This document shows, one piece after another, positions 10,015-23,056 of a stretch of 64,000 nt of DNA. The notes below the pieces were generated by a model that searched no databases, was not told the DNA's origin, and was given only the letters and a program-made list of their open reading frames with translations. The DNA comes from Lepidodermella squamata (Eukaryota > Animalia > Gastrotricha). The stretch is taken from positions 1 to 64,000 of the forward strand of contig JBLDXI010000012.1 of NCBI GenBank assembly GCA_047495785.1. Reading direction: 5' to 3'. How positions within the stretch are numbered: position 1 is the stretch's first letter; every line of letters starts with the position of its first letter. The position numbers and the translations under genes were made by a program.

Positions 10015-13000
10015 ATGCACGAAGACGTTCTCAATATAACCGCTCAATTATTCATATTTTGGCGATCTTTCGCCGACCAAGTCGAGCGTGACATGCCTGG
10101 CTCGAACAAGCCGGCCGATAATTTTTCAAGTTACTACTACGGCTACGACGATGATTACCAAACAGAGGCTGCCTCAGATGCTATGAATAAACTACTGGCA
10201 GTTAATTCAACGTACCAGCTTCGAGAAGTTGTGGACGAGCATCTCAGTCGAGCCGAATGGCGGCTGTTAAACGTCGCGCAGCCAGCGGAACTCAACCGGT
10301 ATTTAACCGGGGAGTTGGCCGCAATTTCGAAGCTCGCTCGGCGGACGAATCGCGTTACTGACGATCCGATATCGTCCTACCTCGTGTATCAAATCAGTAT
10401 ATGGATGGAGAGATATCTCTACCCGCCTATGTTGATCATCGGCCTGCTAGGCAACGTTCTCACGTTTGTCATACTGTGTCGGCCTATCATTTCTGCGCAA
10501 GGTTCCAGCGCTGTCTACCTTAAAATGCTATGCGTCCACGATACGGTTAACTTGTTCATCGGCGTCACTCGTAAATGGATGCAGAACGTGTGGCGTTTTG
10601 ACGTTCGCGAAACTTCCAATTTCATGTGCAAAGTTCATAGATTCGCTCACTACACCTGTCTCGATGCTTCTCACTGGGTAAGAAAACGTCCTTAATTTGC
10701 GAAGTTCACAAACTTAATTCAGGGTTCCAGTACAAAATTTCCACTAATTATATGGTTTTTCAAGTTCAGCCTTCCTTACCCATCAGCTTTTTTAACGTTC
10801 CTAACGAATAGATCTCACTAGTACGCGTATTGGTCGCTATCAGCGATCAGCTATATAGTTCTTATAACGAGCTTATATCAGTGATTTTCCCGATATTGGC
10901 AACCTAGGAAGCTAACAAATAGAGTTTTCTGTGGGTAAAAGCTAAAATGAAACGTCTCGGAAGCTGATAATCATAATCGAAAAATCTGGAAAATGTAGTG
11001 CTAGAATGCCCAAATTTAGTGCTGGAACCAGAATTTTTAGGGTGCAAATATTTAGGCCCATTTTCAAGAGCTTGCCCTGTATTCGCAAAATTCACTACAA
11101 ATTTGATCTTCCGCAGATCTTTTTGAAAAGCTGGCTTGTGCTAATTTTTGCTCGAATCTAGTTCCCATTTTCACCGGTGATCATAGATATTTGATCTGGA
11201 GATGTTTTAAATCAAAGACTAGACAGGAACCTGCATGTCCCAAAAAATTAGTACAGGGCCGCGGAACCTCAAATTGAACAATATCATTTTTATTATTTTT
11301 TTTATATTCTATTCAGATTTTAGCTGCCATTACTATTGACCGTGTAATAGCGGTTGTTTTCCCTTTCCACGCTCAAAAGTTCTGCCGAAGACGTGTAAGG
11401 AAATTTGGATAATTTTGAACATTTGACATCTCACTGTAAATTTAAGGTGGCTTTCATAGTCATTGCTTCGATATGGCTCTTTTTCGGTTCATTGAATTCC
11501 TTCGTCCTCGTCGGCGTTGGCCTCGAAGCTGCGAGCTTGTAAGTCCTGTTTTTTCCACTCGAATTATACAAAAAAAATTATATTATTTTTGAAGATCTTC
11601 GCTAGCTCTAAAGACTACTCCAAGTGGTTTCGGCTTGTTACCTGTGACCACGCTAAAATCCCGAGCTTCAACAACGCCGCCTTCTTGGATCCCCGATGAG
11701 CCCGGTGTAACTAGAAGTTCGTCTCTGGTTCGGCGAAGCGTGCCCGTAAATATGACTCAGCCGTCTTTGTTGAACGCGCCCGTTCGTTACCAATGCAAAT
11801 TTATCGACAAAAACGCCGAATATTTCGCCATTAACTTCCACCGCTGGCTTATCGCCGCTTTCTACATCGTCGGACCCTTCGGCATCGTGCTAGCCGGGAA
11901 TATTGTTATAACGAAAAAGCTGTTCGAACGCAAATCTTTTCTCGATCGAATTCATCGAGGCATCGGCCGTATCCGAAGAGGCAGCGGGGTCGAAAATATG
12001 GCGACGCTTCGGACTACAACCAACATGCTTTACATATCATCAGCCGCCTTTCTCGTACTAGGCACGCCGACCTTTGTCCTACTCGTATCTGGACCTTACT
12101 TCGAACCTCAGCTGAACAAAAGCAACGAAGGAAAGGCGTATCTGTTCTTCATTCGAGCTGTCGAAAGTTTCATGACCTACCTCAACCATTCGAGCCATTT
12201 CTTTTTCTACACGATGCTTGGAAAACAGTTTAGGACCGAGTTCAAACAGGTGAAAAAATGACATTTTCCTATTACCGTAACGAGGGCTAACTTTCGAAGC
12301 TTGAAGATCAGCTAAGAAACTTCACTTTTGAAGGGCACGGCGATTCCTGGTTAACCTGGAAATTTAGAGAATTTTCGTTCATTTTTCTGATTTTTGGAAT
12401 GTTGAAGCTTGAACGTTTAGAGACCGTTGAATTAGGAAGCTCATTTCTTAGGCAACAGCGATAGAGTTTCAAGGTTCAGCCTTGAACTTTGATACGAAAA
12501 AAAACTCGAGAAATTCGAAAAAATTGCGAATCCGTTTATTTATTATTTTATTCATTATTTTATATTAATTAGGTATTTATTCATTTTTAATTAATTGTTT
12601 TATTTTAATTTATTCTGGATTAATTTTATTTTTTTTATTTTTTTTAATCAAGATCAACTTGGATATTTTTGCATTTTTTACGCGAAAACTCGTGCCCGAG
12701 AAATACTGGCCAGACTTTGTCAGAACCGACGAACCCTCGCCGGCGATGTCCACCTTAATGGAGGCGCTACCGAGGCCTGGTATTCAAATATGGCGAAAAC
12801 GCGACTTCGACGACATCAGAATTTTCACACCGGAAAGTTCGGCTATTTTTCCACCACCCGCCCCGTCGCTGCTAATTGAATCGGAGAACGAGTTTGAGTC
12901 ACCTTGTGGTCCATTTTTAGAAGCAAGAGTCGAGTCGGAGTACGCCTCGCCTATTACCTTCACAGCGCCGCCGATACGTGACGAAACCTTAGATTCCGGC

Positions 13001-13339
13001 TTATGTTTCCTGTCATCGTCGACCAGTAGCAACTTCAGCGCGCCGAATCACAGCCGATCTGCTGCTTTAGCTAGCATTTTGAAAATAACCAACTACAACC
13101 GCCGCGCTTCTGTTGATTGCGGCACAAATGTTGGCCGTATAATGGCCGTAATTCAGCAGCCGCAGCCGAAGAAAAGCGTGACAATGCACCCGAGTATACG
13201 GGAAAGTACCTCAAGTGACATTTCAATGTTGTACCTAAATGTAAGGTCTGATAGCGGCGAACCTACATCGCCTAGTGCGAAGCGGATTAGATTCAGCGAA
13301 GATACACTGCCTCGACGTCAGACTTACGACAGATACTGA
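10015..13339 (+). CDS. Class A (rhodopsin) GPCR, FMRFamide/peptide-receptor-like; exons ~10015-10677, 11317-11394, 11447-11538, 11595-12249, 12653-13339
   Basis: GLLGN (TM1), YLKMLCVHD (TM2), CK, TIDRVIAV.FP, PF, FLVLGTP, LNHSSHFFFY...FR. All junctions are GT-AG and in frame. Start codon uncertain (10015 or 10093). Confidence 0.9.
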
Positions 13340-14329
13340 TAGTAATAATAATAATAAAATCGAATATATCAATTTTTCATTTTACAAAAATAAATATATT
13401 ATTCTGATTTTTCTATTCACTCCTAGGAGTGTTATATTATTGAATTATTCTCGGCACATCGGCAATCGACTCTTGAGACACGAGGCCCTCAAAAAGTAGG
13501 ACTGTCGCAATTTTAGCCCAAACAATTTTTCACACTTTTTGAAGCCCTGATTTAAGCCAGATTGAAACCAGCGATATGTATAAATTTATATGATGCTTTT
13601 CACTTTTCGCGATTGCAGTCGTTTTAATTGTTTCCGCTTTTGACAGTTGAAATCGGGAAAACTCGAATTCCGAACCTTTTTGGTAACGTTTTGCCTTTTT
13701 GCCTGGGTTTTTTGAAATTGTGATTTTAAACTTGGCTTTTCTGAAAAAATTATTAACAATTGGAGTTTTAGGGGATTTTTTATTTTTAAGTAATTTTCCT
13801 ATATTTCAGCCCTATTTCAGCTCTCTTGAAACTTGAAGCTCCAAATTGACGGAAATCAAGGCTTTTAACAGCTTTTGAACCTTCTCAGTGATGGTACCAC
13901 CTCCCCTATGCCACGGCTGGAAAGAAATCCATCCGCATTAGACGTCCGGTTTCGAGAGTTCGGTTGAGACGACTCCGGTTTGGGCGAATTTCACTGTAAT
14001 ACCTTAAACGTCGATTTTAACAATGTGACTTCCGCCATGACGCAAGCCTACGCATTCAACTAATCGAATGTCTGATGATGGCCATCAATTTATTAGGAAA
14101 TGATAACGCCAAATGGACAACTACGCCTTTGCAAAAAAAATTATGAGGTGCACACGATTTTTGCTGTACTCTTAATTATGCTAAATTGTTGCTATCCAAT
14201 TCGTTGCAGACGTCCGCCTCATCTACTTAATTAAGTGACCGAATTTTCCAGATAGCGCGCTACTTAAAAGGTGCTTCTAAGGCTACAATTTTTGCCTTTG
14301 AATTTACTAGTTTTTCTTAAAAAAAAATA

Positions 14330-14644
14330 ATGATAGCTAAACGTTGCTCCGCTCTCAATATCGTCGCCTCGGCTTTGCTATTGGTCACCCTGGTGAATTT
14401 TTCGATTTGCGACGAATTTACCAACCAGTGGATCGATGACAGCCAGACGGTTTACAACCTGGCTAATCTTAAGCGACCACTCACGAATGACGAGGCTAAA
14501 TTTCTGAGCCAATTCGATGAAACGACGCTGAATAAGATGTACCTGCTCGGCCAGTATGGACTTATTTTACCCGGTTTTCTGAGCGGCCGCTCTCAACACT
14601 TCGATTCTTTCTATCAGAAGCGATCTTTCCCTGGAAGGAAATAA
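14330..14644 (+). CDS. Secreted, neuropeptide-precursor-like protein
   Basis: Signal peptide, KR sites, C-terminus KR-SFP-G-RK (amidation signal). Confidence 0.7.
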   Translation: MIAKRCSALNIVASALLLVTLVNFSICDEFTNQWIDDSQTVYNLANLKRPLTNDEAKFLSQFDETTLNKMYLLGQYGLILPGFLSGRSQHFDSFYQKRSFPGRK

Positions 14645-15977
14645 TTCCCGAACTTATTTTAGGACATATTTTCTATTCTGTATAATATTCCTGGAGAAAA
14701 AACCGAATATTTTCTTAGCAATAAACTAAAAGTTGTAGAATTCGCACAGATCACCGTGATAAAGTTAGCTTATAACTATCTGATTGTTGTACGCTCTCTT
14801 GAGCTGAGCCAAGCTCTTGAGTAGGGGTGTTAAACTCATCCATGTGCGCATTGACGCGCGCGTTATTGTTCGAATGATGCGCGCGCGCACTCAGTGCGAT
14901 TTTATTGTTGTCACTCAGCGTCCCGGTGTGATGAGCGTGCGCGCGCGTTCGTCCGGTTAAAACTGCGGACGCGGAACCGTGTTGTCAGGTGATGTCCACT
15001 CTTCACGATGACACTGATTCTCATATTGATTATTGTTACACAGCTATGCTTCATTGACCAGCCAACAACGTGGACAATGTTTTTTCATCGAAAAGCCATC
15101 CACCTTAATTAAAAGGCAATAAATCGGTGATATAACTGATGGCAATCGCCAGCCGTGTGCGTTGCAAGAAAGTGCGTTGTTAATTACAAGCGCGGCGCGT
15201 GTAACCGGCGGTGCGTACCTGGGCAAAGGGCGCGACCGAGACGGTGCGCGCAGGTGGCGGGGGGAGGTGAGCGTTTCTTGCGCGGTGTGCCGCTCCGCCT
15301 TATGTTTTTGACAGCGCCGCGCACTTTACGCCGCCGACCACCAGCAGGAACACGCGACAACTCGCACGCACCTGTTAATTTCAGGTCACCGTGGAAGCGT
15401 GATATGGAACCTGTTATTTTATGCACTTGAATGAGCTGATTGGGAAACAAATTGGCTCGAGCGCTGAGAAAAACGAATTAATAAGAAATCATGAAATAAA
15501 GAAACATAAATATATTTCGCAAGAGAAACAGAAACAAATATCAACCGGAAGCTGATACGATTTTAAAGAGTGACTACACTTTTCGACTGATTAAATGATC
15601 TCTATGAAATGACACTTTACTGTTCGACCGGCAATTACATTTTGGGATGAAACAGGTTTTTCCGGCTGTGACTCAGATGAATAACGGCAGCTACATTTCG
15701 AGACTGAATCACATTCACAGCTGGTGAAAATGCATACAATTTGATTGACGTTATGGTCTTGTTACTTATTTTACTTCAGCAGTAACGTTAACCCGAATAC
15801 TTGGGCGATAACGTTGGAGGACATTGATATCTTTCGTAATAAGGTGGATTATTTTTTCATATTCAGCTAAATAGTTTACCCGGACGAAATCTTTAGTTTG
15901 TCATTCGTTGACTCGCCAGAGATAAGCGATAATCTTACAAGGTGTTAATCAGGTCGCGAAAATGTCTAACTGTGCGC

Positions 15978-16092
15978 GGGGGTGGAGCTTAGCAGCTGCG
16001 AGGCCTCGCGCACACACGCTCATTGGCCAGGCCACGGCGTGCGCACGCTCCAGCCAATCAGAGCGCGCGACCGTGGTTGCGCACTATATAAG
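15978..16092 (+). promoter_or_regulatory. GC box, two CCAAT boxes and TATA box promoter
   Basis: GGGGTGGAGC ~15978, ATTGG 16022, CCAAT 16054, TATATAA 16085, about 100 bp before ATG 16190. Confidence 0.75.
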
Positions 16093-16189
16093 CGCGCGCA
16101 CAACGCCTCGTTAGGCATCACTCGCTAACTCTCATTTACATTCGCATTTGATTTTCATTATAACGATTGTTAACTTCATCATCATCGAC

Positions 16190-16756
16190 ATGGCTGCTTT
16201 CCGTCCTCGTAACCCGACTCCGACCCGTGCTATGTTCGCCTACGACAACGACGACGTTCTCAACGCCTCGTTCGTTTCCGATGATCGGTCTTTCGACAAC
16301 GAGCCTGCGTACCTCGACGACGACGACTGCGATCTTGCCATTTTCATGGCACCGGTCGTCGTCGTTGAGCCGCTGGCTGTTAACCGCTCGAGCCGTCGTA
16401 GCCGTTTCGATGCTTCGAAGCGCAGCCGCGATTTCACCCCATCTTGGGCACCGGCTCGTCCTCGCAACCCGACTCCGACTCGTGCTTCGGCCATTTCGCC
16501 TGTCAAGTCGATCGAACGTCCGTGCAACCCGACACCGGTTCACGCTGTTCGTTGCAACGTCGCGAAGAAGCAGCCGTCTATCGCTGTCAAGTCGATCTCT
16601 GTTACCAGCAAACCGGCTTGCTACTCGCGAAATTCTTCGTCCGGCGTTTCTTCCGGCTCATCCTCACCGATCGAACGATCACCAGTCGCGACTTGTTCGT
16701 CTTCGTCTCGCGCTTTCGACCGACCGTTCGCTTCTCGCCGCCTTCTGCTGGCGTGA
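16190..16756 (+). CDS. Intronless Ser/Arg/Pro-rich disordered protein with three RPxNPTP repeats
   Basis: Good start context GACATGG, canonical promoter, AATAAA at 16863, biased codon usage. Confidence 0.7.
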   Translation: MAAFRPRNPTPTRAMFAYDNDDVLNASFVSDDRSFDNEPAYLDDDDCDLAIFMAPVVVVEPLAVNRSSRRSRFDASKRSRDFTPSWAPARPRNPTPTRASAISPVKSIERPCNPTPVHAVRCNVAKKQPSIAVKSISVTSKPACYSRNSSSGVSSGSSSPIERSPVATCSSSSRAFDRPFASRRLLLA

Positions 16757-18635
16757 TATTTTGTAAATATTCGAATTTATTTGCGATTTATTGTATATTA
16801 TTGTTCTGTAAATATTTCACTTGTTCAATGTTTTATTGAAAATTTATTGAATAGAAAGAAAGAATAAACATTCGGAATGATAACTCTTTGTTTTTTGTTG
16901 GTGTATTCACGGTTTTCAGTCGTCGCGGTTCCAGCGTAATAAGTAACCGGCATAATGACGCGCTAATTGCGTCTGTAGACAGGGTCATTTTCGGCGCCAT
17001 TGCGCGCACTAATTGTGCCGCGTCTTATTGAGTAATAGCCGGCCGCATTTCCGCCGCCAAGGCGCCGCTTTCTGTCTGGAGACGTTTGATTTGATTTATA
17101 GCGGCTCTTGATTTTCGATTACGCTACTTTGAGAAATAGTGATGTCATTTTGAATTTATTGCACTCGCTCTGATCCGGCGATCATTGATGCTGTAACCGT
17201 GATATTAGCTCACAATCGCTATCATAAGCCGCCTTTAGCCGGATCATCCGCCCGCTATCAACGATCTGACTGTTCGTCCGAGTAATTATCCGGGATGACG
17301 AGTGGTGTTGGCAGGTGCTTGGTCGCCAGCAATCGCGCTTGATTAGGCTACGATTGGTCGCACACGCAATTCCGGAATTGCGGAGTAATAACCTGCGTTG
17401 GACGTGTGTAGCCGGATAAAGAGTGTCAAATGGGCCGGATTGACCGATTAAAATCGCGTGCGCTGAAGGCCGGAAAATCGTTGAAGAATTTGTCACCATT
17501 TGACGCGTTTCTGCACGAGTATCATAAATAATACTCGTGACAGGGCTTCGGATTAATACCGTTAAATCTTAATTTTTGATAGATTCACTTTGCAACTGCA
17601 ACAGGAAATGTCGGATTTAAAACCGAGAGCCACGTTTTTATTAGCTTTCAATCAACACTCATATCTAAATTTGAAATTTTAATCAAGGGAAAATTCACGA
17701 TGCTTCAATATTGCGGACGGGGTTGAACTTGGAAAATGAATTTTTCTTCAACAGCTTTTTACTAATACAGGATATGTTACTCAGCTGAGCAAGGGCGGTC
17801 GCCTGCCTCACTCGCGCGCGCGAGAGGAGGAAACAACAGCACGTTTGAACAATTTTTTCAATTTTTGAAAAAAAATTGAACAAAAAAATGCGCGCGTTCA
17901 TAGTCACGTGAGCTGAACTATGCGGGCGCCCTGCTGCGACACTCAGCCTTTGTCCAACGATAGTGCGCGATGAGTAGAGGTAGAAGAAAAGCCTTGTGGT
18001 TCTTCTTTCAAATGATACTGAAACTTGAAAATTAACCAGTCAGCGAAGACCAGTCAGCCGCATACATTTCTCAATTGATATCCACGGGTGGGAAGAAGCG
18101 CTAATGAAAGAGCGCATAAAATTTAGTCATGTGCGTGTTTTTTTGTCAATTTCAGCGATATTTGACATTATCGAGAGTCAAAGATTACCAAATCGAGATA
18201 TTAATCGTCTTTTAAATTACAATTGAATACTTCATTTACCTAGAAAAAACACAGCCGTATAAACACGGTTTTTCCCCCCCAAAATACCCTTAGTCACAAG
18301 AAAATACCACGTTACAGTATTCATTGAAAAATCGCCAAGTTTAAAAATACTTTTTATTTGATACTGGTAGAGAGCTGGCGCTACCAGCTACTTGTTGAGC
18401 GCAAGACAGAAAAAGGCGTCCAAGTACCAAATTGAGCCACCGATCAAGCAACTGCAAAATGTAATGTTTACGGTAATAAAGATAAAAAAATATTTTGCAA
18501 AGCGCATTTTTATTGAAGTTACAATAATGATACCGGCTCATTGCTTCGATTTTATCGCAGCTAATTTAGCGAAATTATTTTCAAAATATCACATTAAAAC
18601 GTAATTCTTATTTAATCGAATCTCGCTATATTTTT

Positions 18636-19034
18636 TCATTTATTTTTGTTCGAAACACCTCGGGCAAGTAATCGGTAATTTTCTTGATGAGTAACGGTAA
18701 TATTGAACCGTGGCTGGGTCCTTCGAACACCACTGGCCGTCGCAGATGAATGCGTGCGTCGAAAATGCTTCACCGTTTCCAACAATTTCTGCAGAGATAA
18801 TTCAGGTTTCGGCGTTGTAGTCGGTAGTCGGGCGAATAATTTTGAAGACCTAGCATTAGGCTCAGCTCGAAGTGCCACATTAAGCGGCTCTTCAATGTCA
18901 TCATCGGTTAGATTCAGCGATTCGCTGCTATCAGACGGCATCGCTGCGTCGTTGATATCAGCTAAAATCATGTAGCTTGAACTTGATCGGATAGCGGCGA
19001 GACAACATATTGCTAATAAAAATGGAGTCCTCAT
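18636..19034 (-). CDS. Secreted LxDIND-motif protein
   Basis: Signal peptide then YMILADINDA; C-terminal PRFNITVTHQENYRLL; TATA ~80 bp upstream. Confidence 0.8.
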   Translation of the reverse strand: MRTPFLLAICCLAAIRSSSSYMILADINDAAMPSDSSESLNLTDDDIEEPLNVALRAEPNARSSKLFARLPTTTPKPELSLQKLLETVKHFRRTHSSATASGVRRTQPRFNITVTHQENYRLLARGVSNKNK

Positions 19035-20483
19035 TATAGCAAAGCTGGGAAAAACCGAAATTGAACTTGTGACCCAAAAATCCTGGAAAATTCGAACTTC
19101 ACAGGTGGAGTTATATATTCGAAAAGCTATCACGGAAATTATTAAAAAAATCGAACGGACGGATAACAAACCACCCACTATTATTTCGTCTCAGGTATAT
19201 TGATGTAAAAATACACTAAGTTTGATTGGTTGAGGCTTTTAAATATATATTTTCAGACAAAAATATAGTGGCGCAGATCGGTTTCGAAACGCATTTTGCG
19301 TGAAAACAGGAAATGATTGATAATTTAATAAGTCTAAGAGCCAATTTTCGCCCTAAGACGCAACTGCTCCATGACTTCTAGCCGGTCGATTATGATTGAT
19401 TAGAGTAGTCTAGAAGCTATGAATTAAGGAAATAGGTCGTTTTTCGCAAGCCCATGCTGTGTTAAAGCACTGCTTGGAGCTTTAAAAATCAACAAATAAC
19501 TTAGGTTCTGGGCAAAATCGCACTTTCAAGGGTTCAAAATCAGCGCCGAAAATTGAAAATGATGACGAATTTATATCAAATGTATGATTACGAACTTGTA
19601 ACGAATCGCGGGAAATCCGTATGCTACCAAATGTACGTAGAATTTTCCCACGCGCGCAAAATTTTGAACTGATCGATTTTTTGCAAGCAAAAATTCAAAT
19701 AAAATAGCGGGAATATTCTACTTAACATCATAACTTTTTATCCTTTTTTAATATTTTAAAAATTTTAGGTAAGAGTTTTATTTGATTTTTAGCCAATTTG
19801 AAAAGTTTTGGCACAAAGATGGATAGTCATTTACTAATAGGTGATGGGTGTGCCGAGTGGACCCAATAAATTGTCGATTTAGCACTAAATTTGAGGCTTC
19901 AGGCTTGATTTTGACATGATGATTGTTTCGATTACCGAGAAAATTTTTCGGGACAGAAAATATGATAAGGTCAGATCATTTTTCCCACAGGTGAAAGTAT
20001 GAGCCTTACTCAGTTTCATTCGTAGAATATTTTGAACAAACAATTTTCAATTATCCGCCGCTGCTGGAACCCCTTAGTACGAATATCCACAACGTATTTT
20101 TTACTATACCTTGCCTAACCCATGGATCATAGATCGCACCATCACGTGTATTTTCAATATCAGCGATCAGTTTATGAGTTAAAATTCAGCATACACAGCC
20201 GATATCTCTTTCTTGTATTGATTTAACAAATCAGTGATTCCGATATCAGCAGTGCGACGTAAAATTCCGTAAATTTATTTACGAAGCTGAAGGTACCTAA
20301 CATGAAAAACCCGTGGATGTACTACATAATTATTGATCAAGGCTGAAATCACAAAGAATTGGAAACATCGAAAATTCTGGAACTTCTGAATTTTAGAGGT
20401 GCGTTATTTCTTGTTTATTTCCGAAGTTATTAGCTAAAGAAATATGATGAAAATTGATATACTAACATTTATCAAACACATCA

Positions 20484-20894
20484 TTACATGTTAGGTTTAA
20501 TAGCAGCCACCCTAGGCAGTAATTTGTAGCTTTCATTGCGAGTAATCTTGATGTTGAAACGCGGCTTTGGCTTCAATTTCGAACCCGAGTTGTAGTCGAG
20601 GACTACCGGCGCCATTGGCTGATTGGCGCCTTTACTCAACCGCCAAGAATTGTACATTTGCATGCCATTGCCTGCCATGATGCTGCCGGTTCGAGCCATC
20701 TGATTCGGGTAAAAAGCTGAACTGTCCAGCTGCTTATCTTGCTCTTCACTACTACCGTCAACATCAGGATTTTCCAAAGCCTCTTCATTCATGTCGGCTA
20801 GCATCATGTAACCCTGTGATACTTTGAAGAGGCCACTTATCAGCGAAATATTGATGACAATGAGAAGCTGGCAGAACTTTCCAGAGCTAGCCAT
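20484..20894 (-). CDS. Secreted LxDIND-motif protein
   Basis: Signal peptide then YMMLADMNEE; C-terminal PRFNIKITRNESYKLL, paralogous to 18636-19034. Confidence 0.8.
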   Translation of the reverse strand: MASSGKFCQLLIVINISLISGLFKVSQGYMMLADMNEEALENPDVDGSSEEQDKQLDSSAFYPNQMARTGSIMAGNGMQMYNSWRLSKGANQPMAPVVLDYNSGSKLKPKPRFNIKITRNESYKLLPRVAAIKPNM

Positions 20895-22810
20895 GCTGAA
20901 ATAATTTGTCGCTGAAAAATATGAAATCGCTATAGTTTTCGTCCCAATTATATAGGAACGTTCAATCAGTCCCTACGTCCTATTTAACCGTATTATCGGA
21001 AAAAATCTGGAAAATGCGGGTATATGACTCAAGTACGATTAAATCGAAGCGTGGCGGCTTTGCCGATGGCTTATCTCAGTTATTTGCTGATTCATAAAAA
21101 ATAATCCCCGCTTTGAAAAAACATGCTATTTTATTATACCGGAAAGTACACTGAATGAGAATTATTGCCACACCTATGACGCGGTAATTAAATAAATTAA
21201 AATCACTATCGCATTAATCTAAAACAACTAATGAGGGAAGATATCCACTTAATTGCTGCTTATGTAAGGATAATTGGGTTTGAGGTAGTTTCATGACCAA
21301 GTTCCGAGGAACATTGAAGAGCTATACGTTACATTCGCGCACAACTAAATCAAAGGTCCTTTACATTTCGATGGAATTTTGTGAAATTCTGTGCCATTTG
21401 CGCCAATGACGTTTATGCCAAGACATTTGCCCGAACGTTAACTGCGCTGAAAATGCCATTCCTACATGCGCATGGTAAAATTTAGCCATTGGGAAATTGA
21501 ATTTCTCTATAGCCCTCGATTCGTTTGGCTGCGCCAAACTTACCCGGGGTTCCAGATCGTGGGGGGGGGGGGGGGATTTTATTTCTCCATGGCTAGCCAT
21601 AGAGTATTCCCTTATTGTTTGTTTTTATTAGCCCGGTTTTTAGAGCAATGGTAAGTTGCGCGATAGCGACACTCGCATTTAGAAATCATATTCCAATTCC
21701 CTTTAAAGTTTCGAAACATTCCAGGGGCCGAACGTACCTTCATGAAGATTCTCAGGAATTTCCGATACAAAAAAATCAACCTCGGTTTATGGAACGAACC
21801 TCGGTTAAAGTATTTGAAAAGTGCATGTCGAAAATCCAAGTCTTTTTTATCATTTTTTGGCGTAATTTATCAACCTGCTGGTTCAACAGGAATATTAGCT
21901 TTCCTTATGAGAATTTTTCTTTACTTACACAGTAACACAGTAACATGAAGGTCCGAAACTAAGGAAAATTGTTCAAAAATTGCAAAAGTTACCCACTTTT
22001 TGTGTGGGTATTTTGGCCGGAGAAAAAAACCGATTTTTTGCGTCTAGATGACGGTAGCTGATCACTTTTCATACCGCAAATTGTACTCAAGAAAATCCTC
22101 GGTTAATTCTCTATAGATAAGTCGAAAAACCGAGGAATTCGATCCGCTCTATCCAAGTAAAAACGATCGGGACGAAGTGGGGTAATGTGGCCGGATGACT
22201 ATTTCACTCGAGAAAACTAGCGAAAACTAGGCCGATGATTCATCGCGGTCACTTTTGGATAACGCGCACATTTTAACGGAAACTTTATTCGACAAAATCG
22301 GTCAAGTTACCCCATAAAATTCAGGAAACTAAAGCTCTTTTGATTCCCGCGCAACAGATTTCAAAGTCCAAGGTATCGTTTGAAAGATGTTGTTGAGAGG
22401 AATCTTTGGGGGAGGAGGGACTAATTTGTCGTTAGGTTAAACAATTCCGAGATATAAACGCTCGAAATCTCGAGGCCCAAAATCGATGCGAAATAATTAC
22501 TAATTTTCGAATTCGGAAAAATGGAGGTTGTAGCATTGGTGCCAATTCCTGCCGTAAAACTAAATTGACATTTTGATAAGGCATGGAAAACCAAACTCGC
22601 CATGAAACTCTTCATCGCTATAATTATACAGTTCAGCATTCTATTCAAAACAGAAGCATGGCTATGATTATTTATTGTCTGCCGTCTGCCACCGTTTCAC
22701 CGGTCAAAGTGTGTTATTTACATATTAATAAGAAATGGTAGCTTCAGGTAAAAATTAAATTTGTTCAATTGACATTCTAGCGACGCGTAGCGCCCATCAT
22801 AGCCGACAAT

Positions 22811-23056
22811 TTAGGTCCTGCTTCGTTGTTGTAGGCGATGAGCCTGGTTGCCTGGTTGATGAAAACGCGCGTTGGCTCGTCCACTTTTCAGCATCAGCAG
22901 ACGCGCTCGAGATGACGCAGCTGCCGGTTGGTTCAGGCTGAGATCATCCTTCAGATCAGCCATCAGCTGGTAGGCACCAACCTCCGGTGTTGAAAACACG
23001 GCTAGCGAGGCGACTAAAACGAACAGGGCGCACAGCTTAACAATGGAACAGCTCAT
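22811..23056 (-). CDS. Secreted LxDIND-motif protein
   Basis: Signal peptide then YQLMADLKDD; basic C-terminus. Confidence 0.75.
   Translation of the reverse strand: MSCSIVKLCALFVLVASLAVFSTPEVGAYQLMADLKDDLSLNQPAAASSRARLLMLKSGRANARFHQPGNQAHRLQQRSRT

Noticed and set aside
14820-14840. hAT transposon call
   Set aside because: Only one TIR-like end; no partner TIR, TSD or transposase found.
16136-16839. Four overlapping alternative-frame ORFs
   Set aside because: Shadows of the GC-rich, stop-poor gene; only the frame starting at ATG 16190 fits the promoter and start context.
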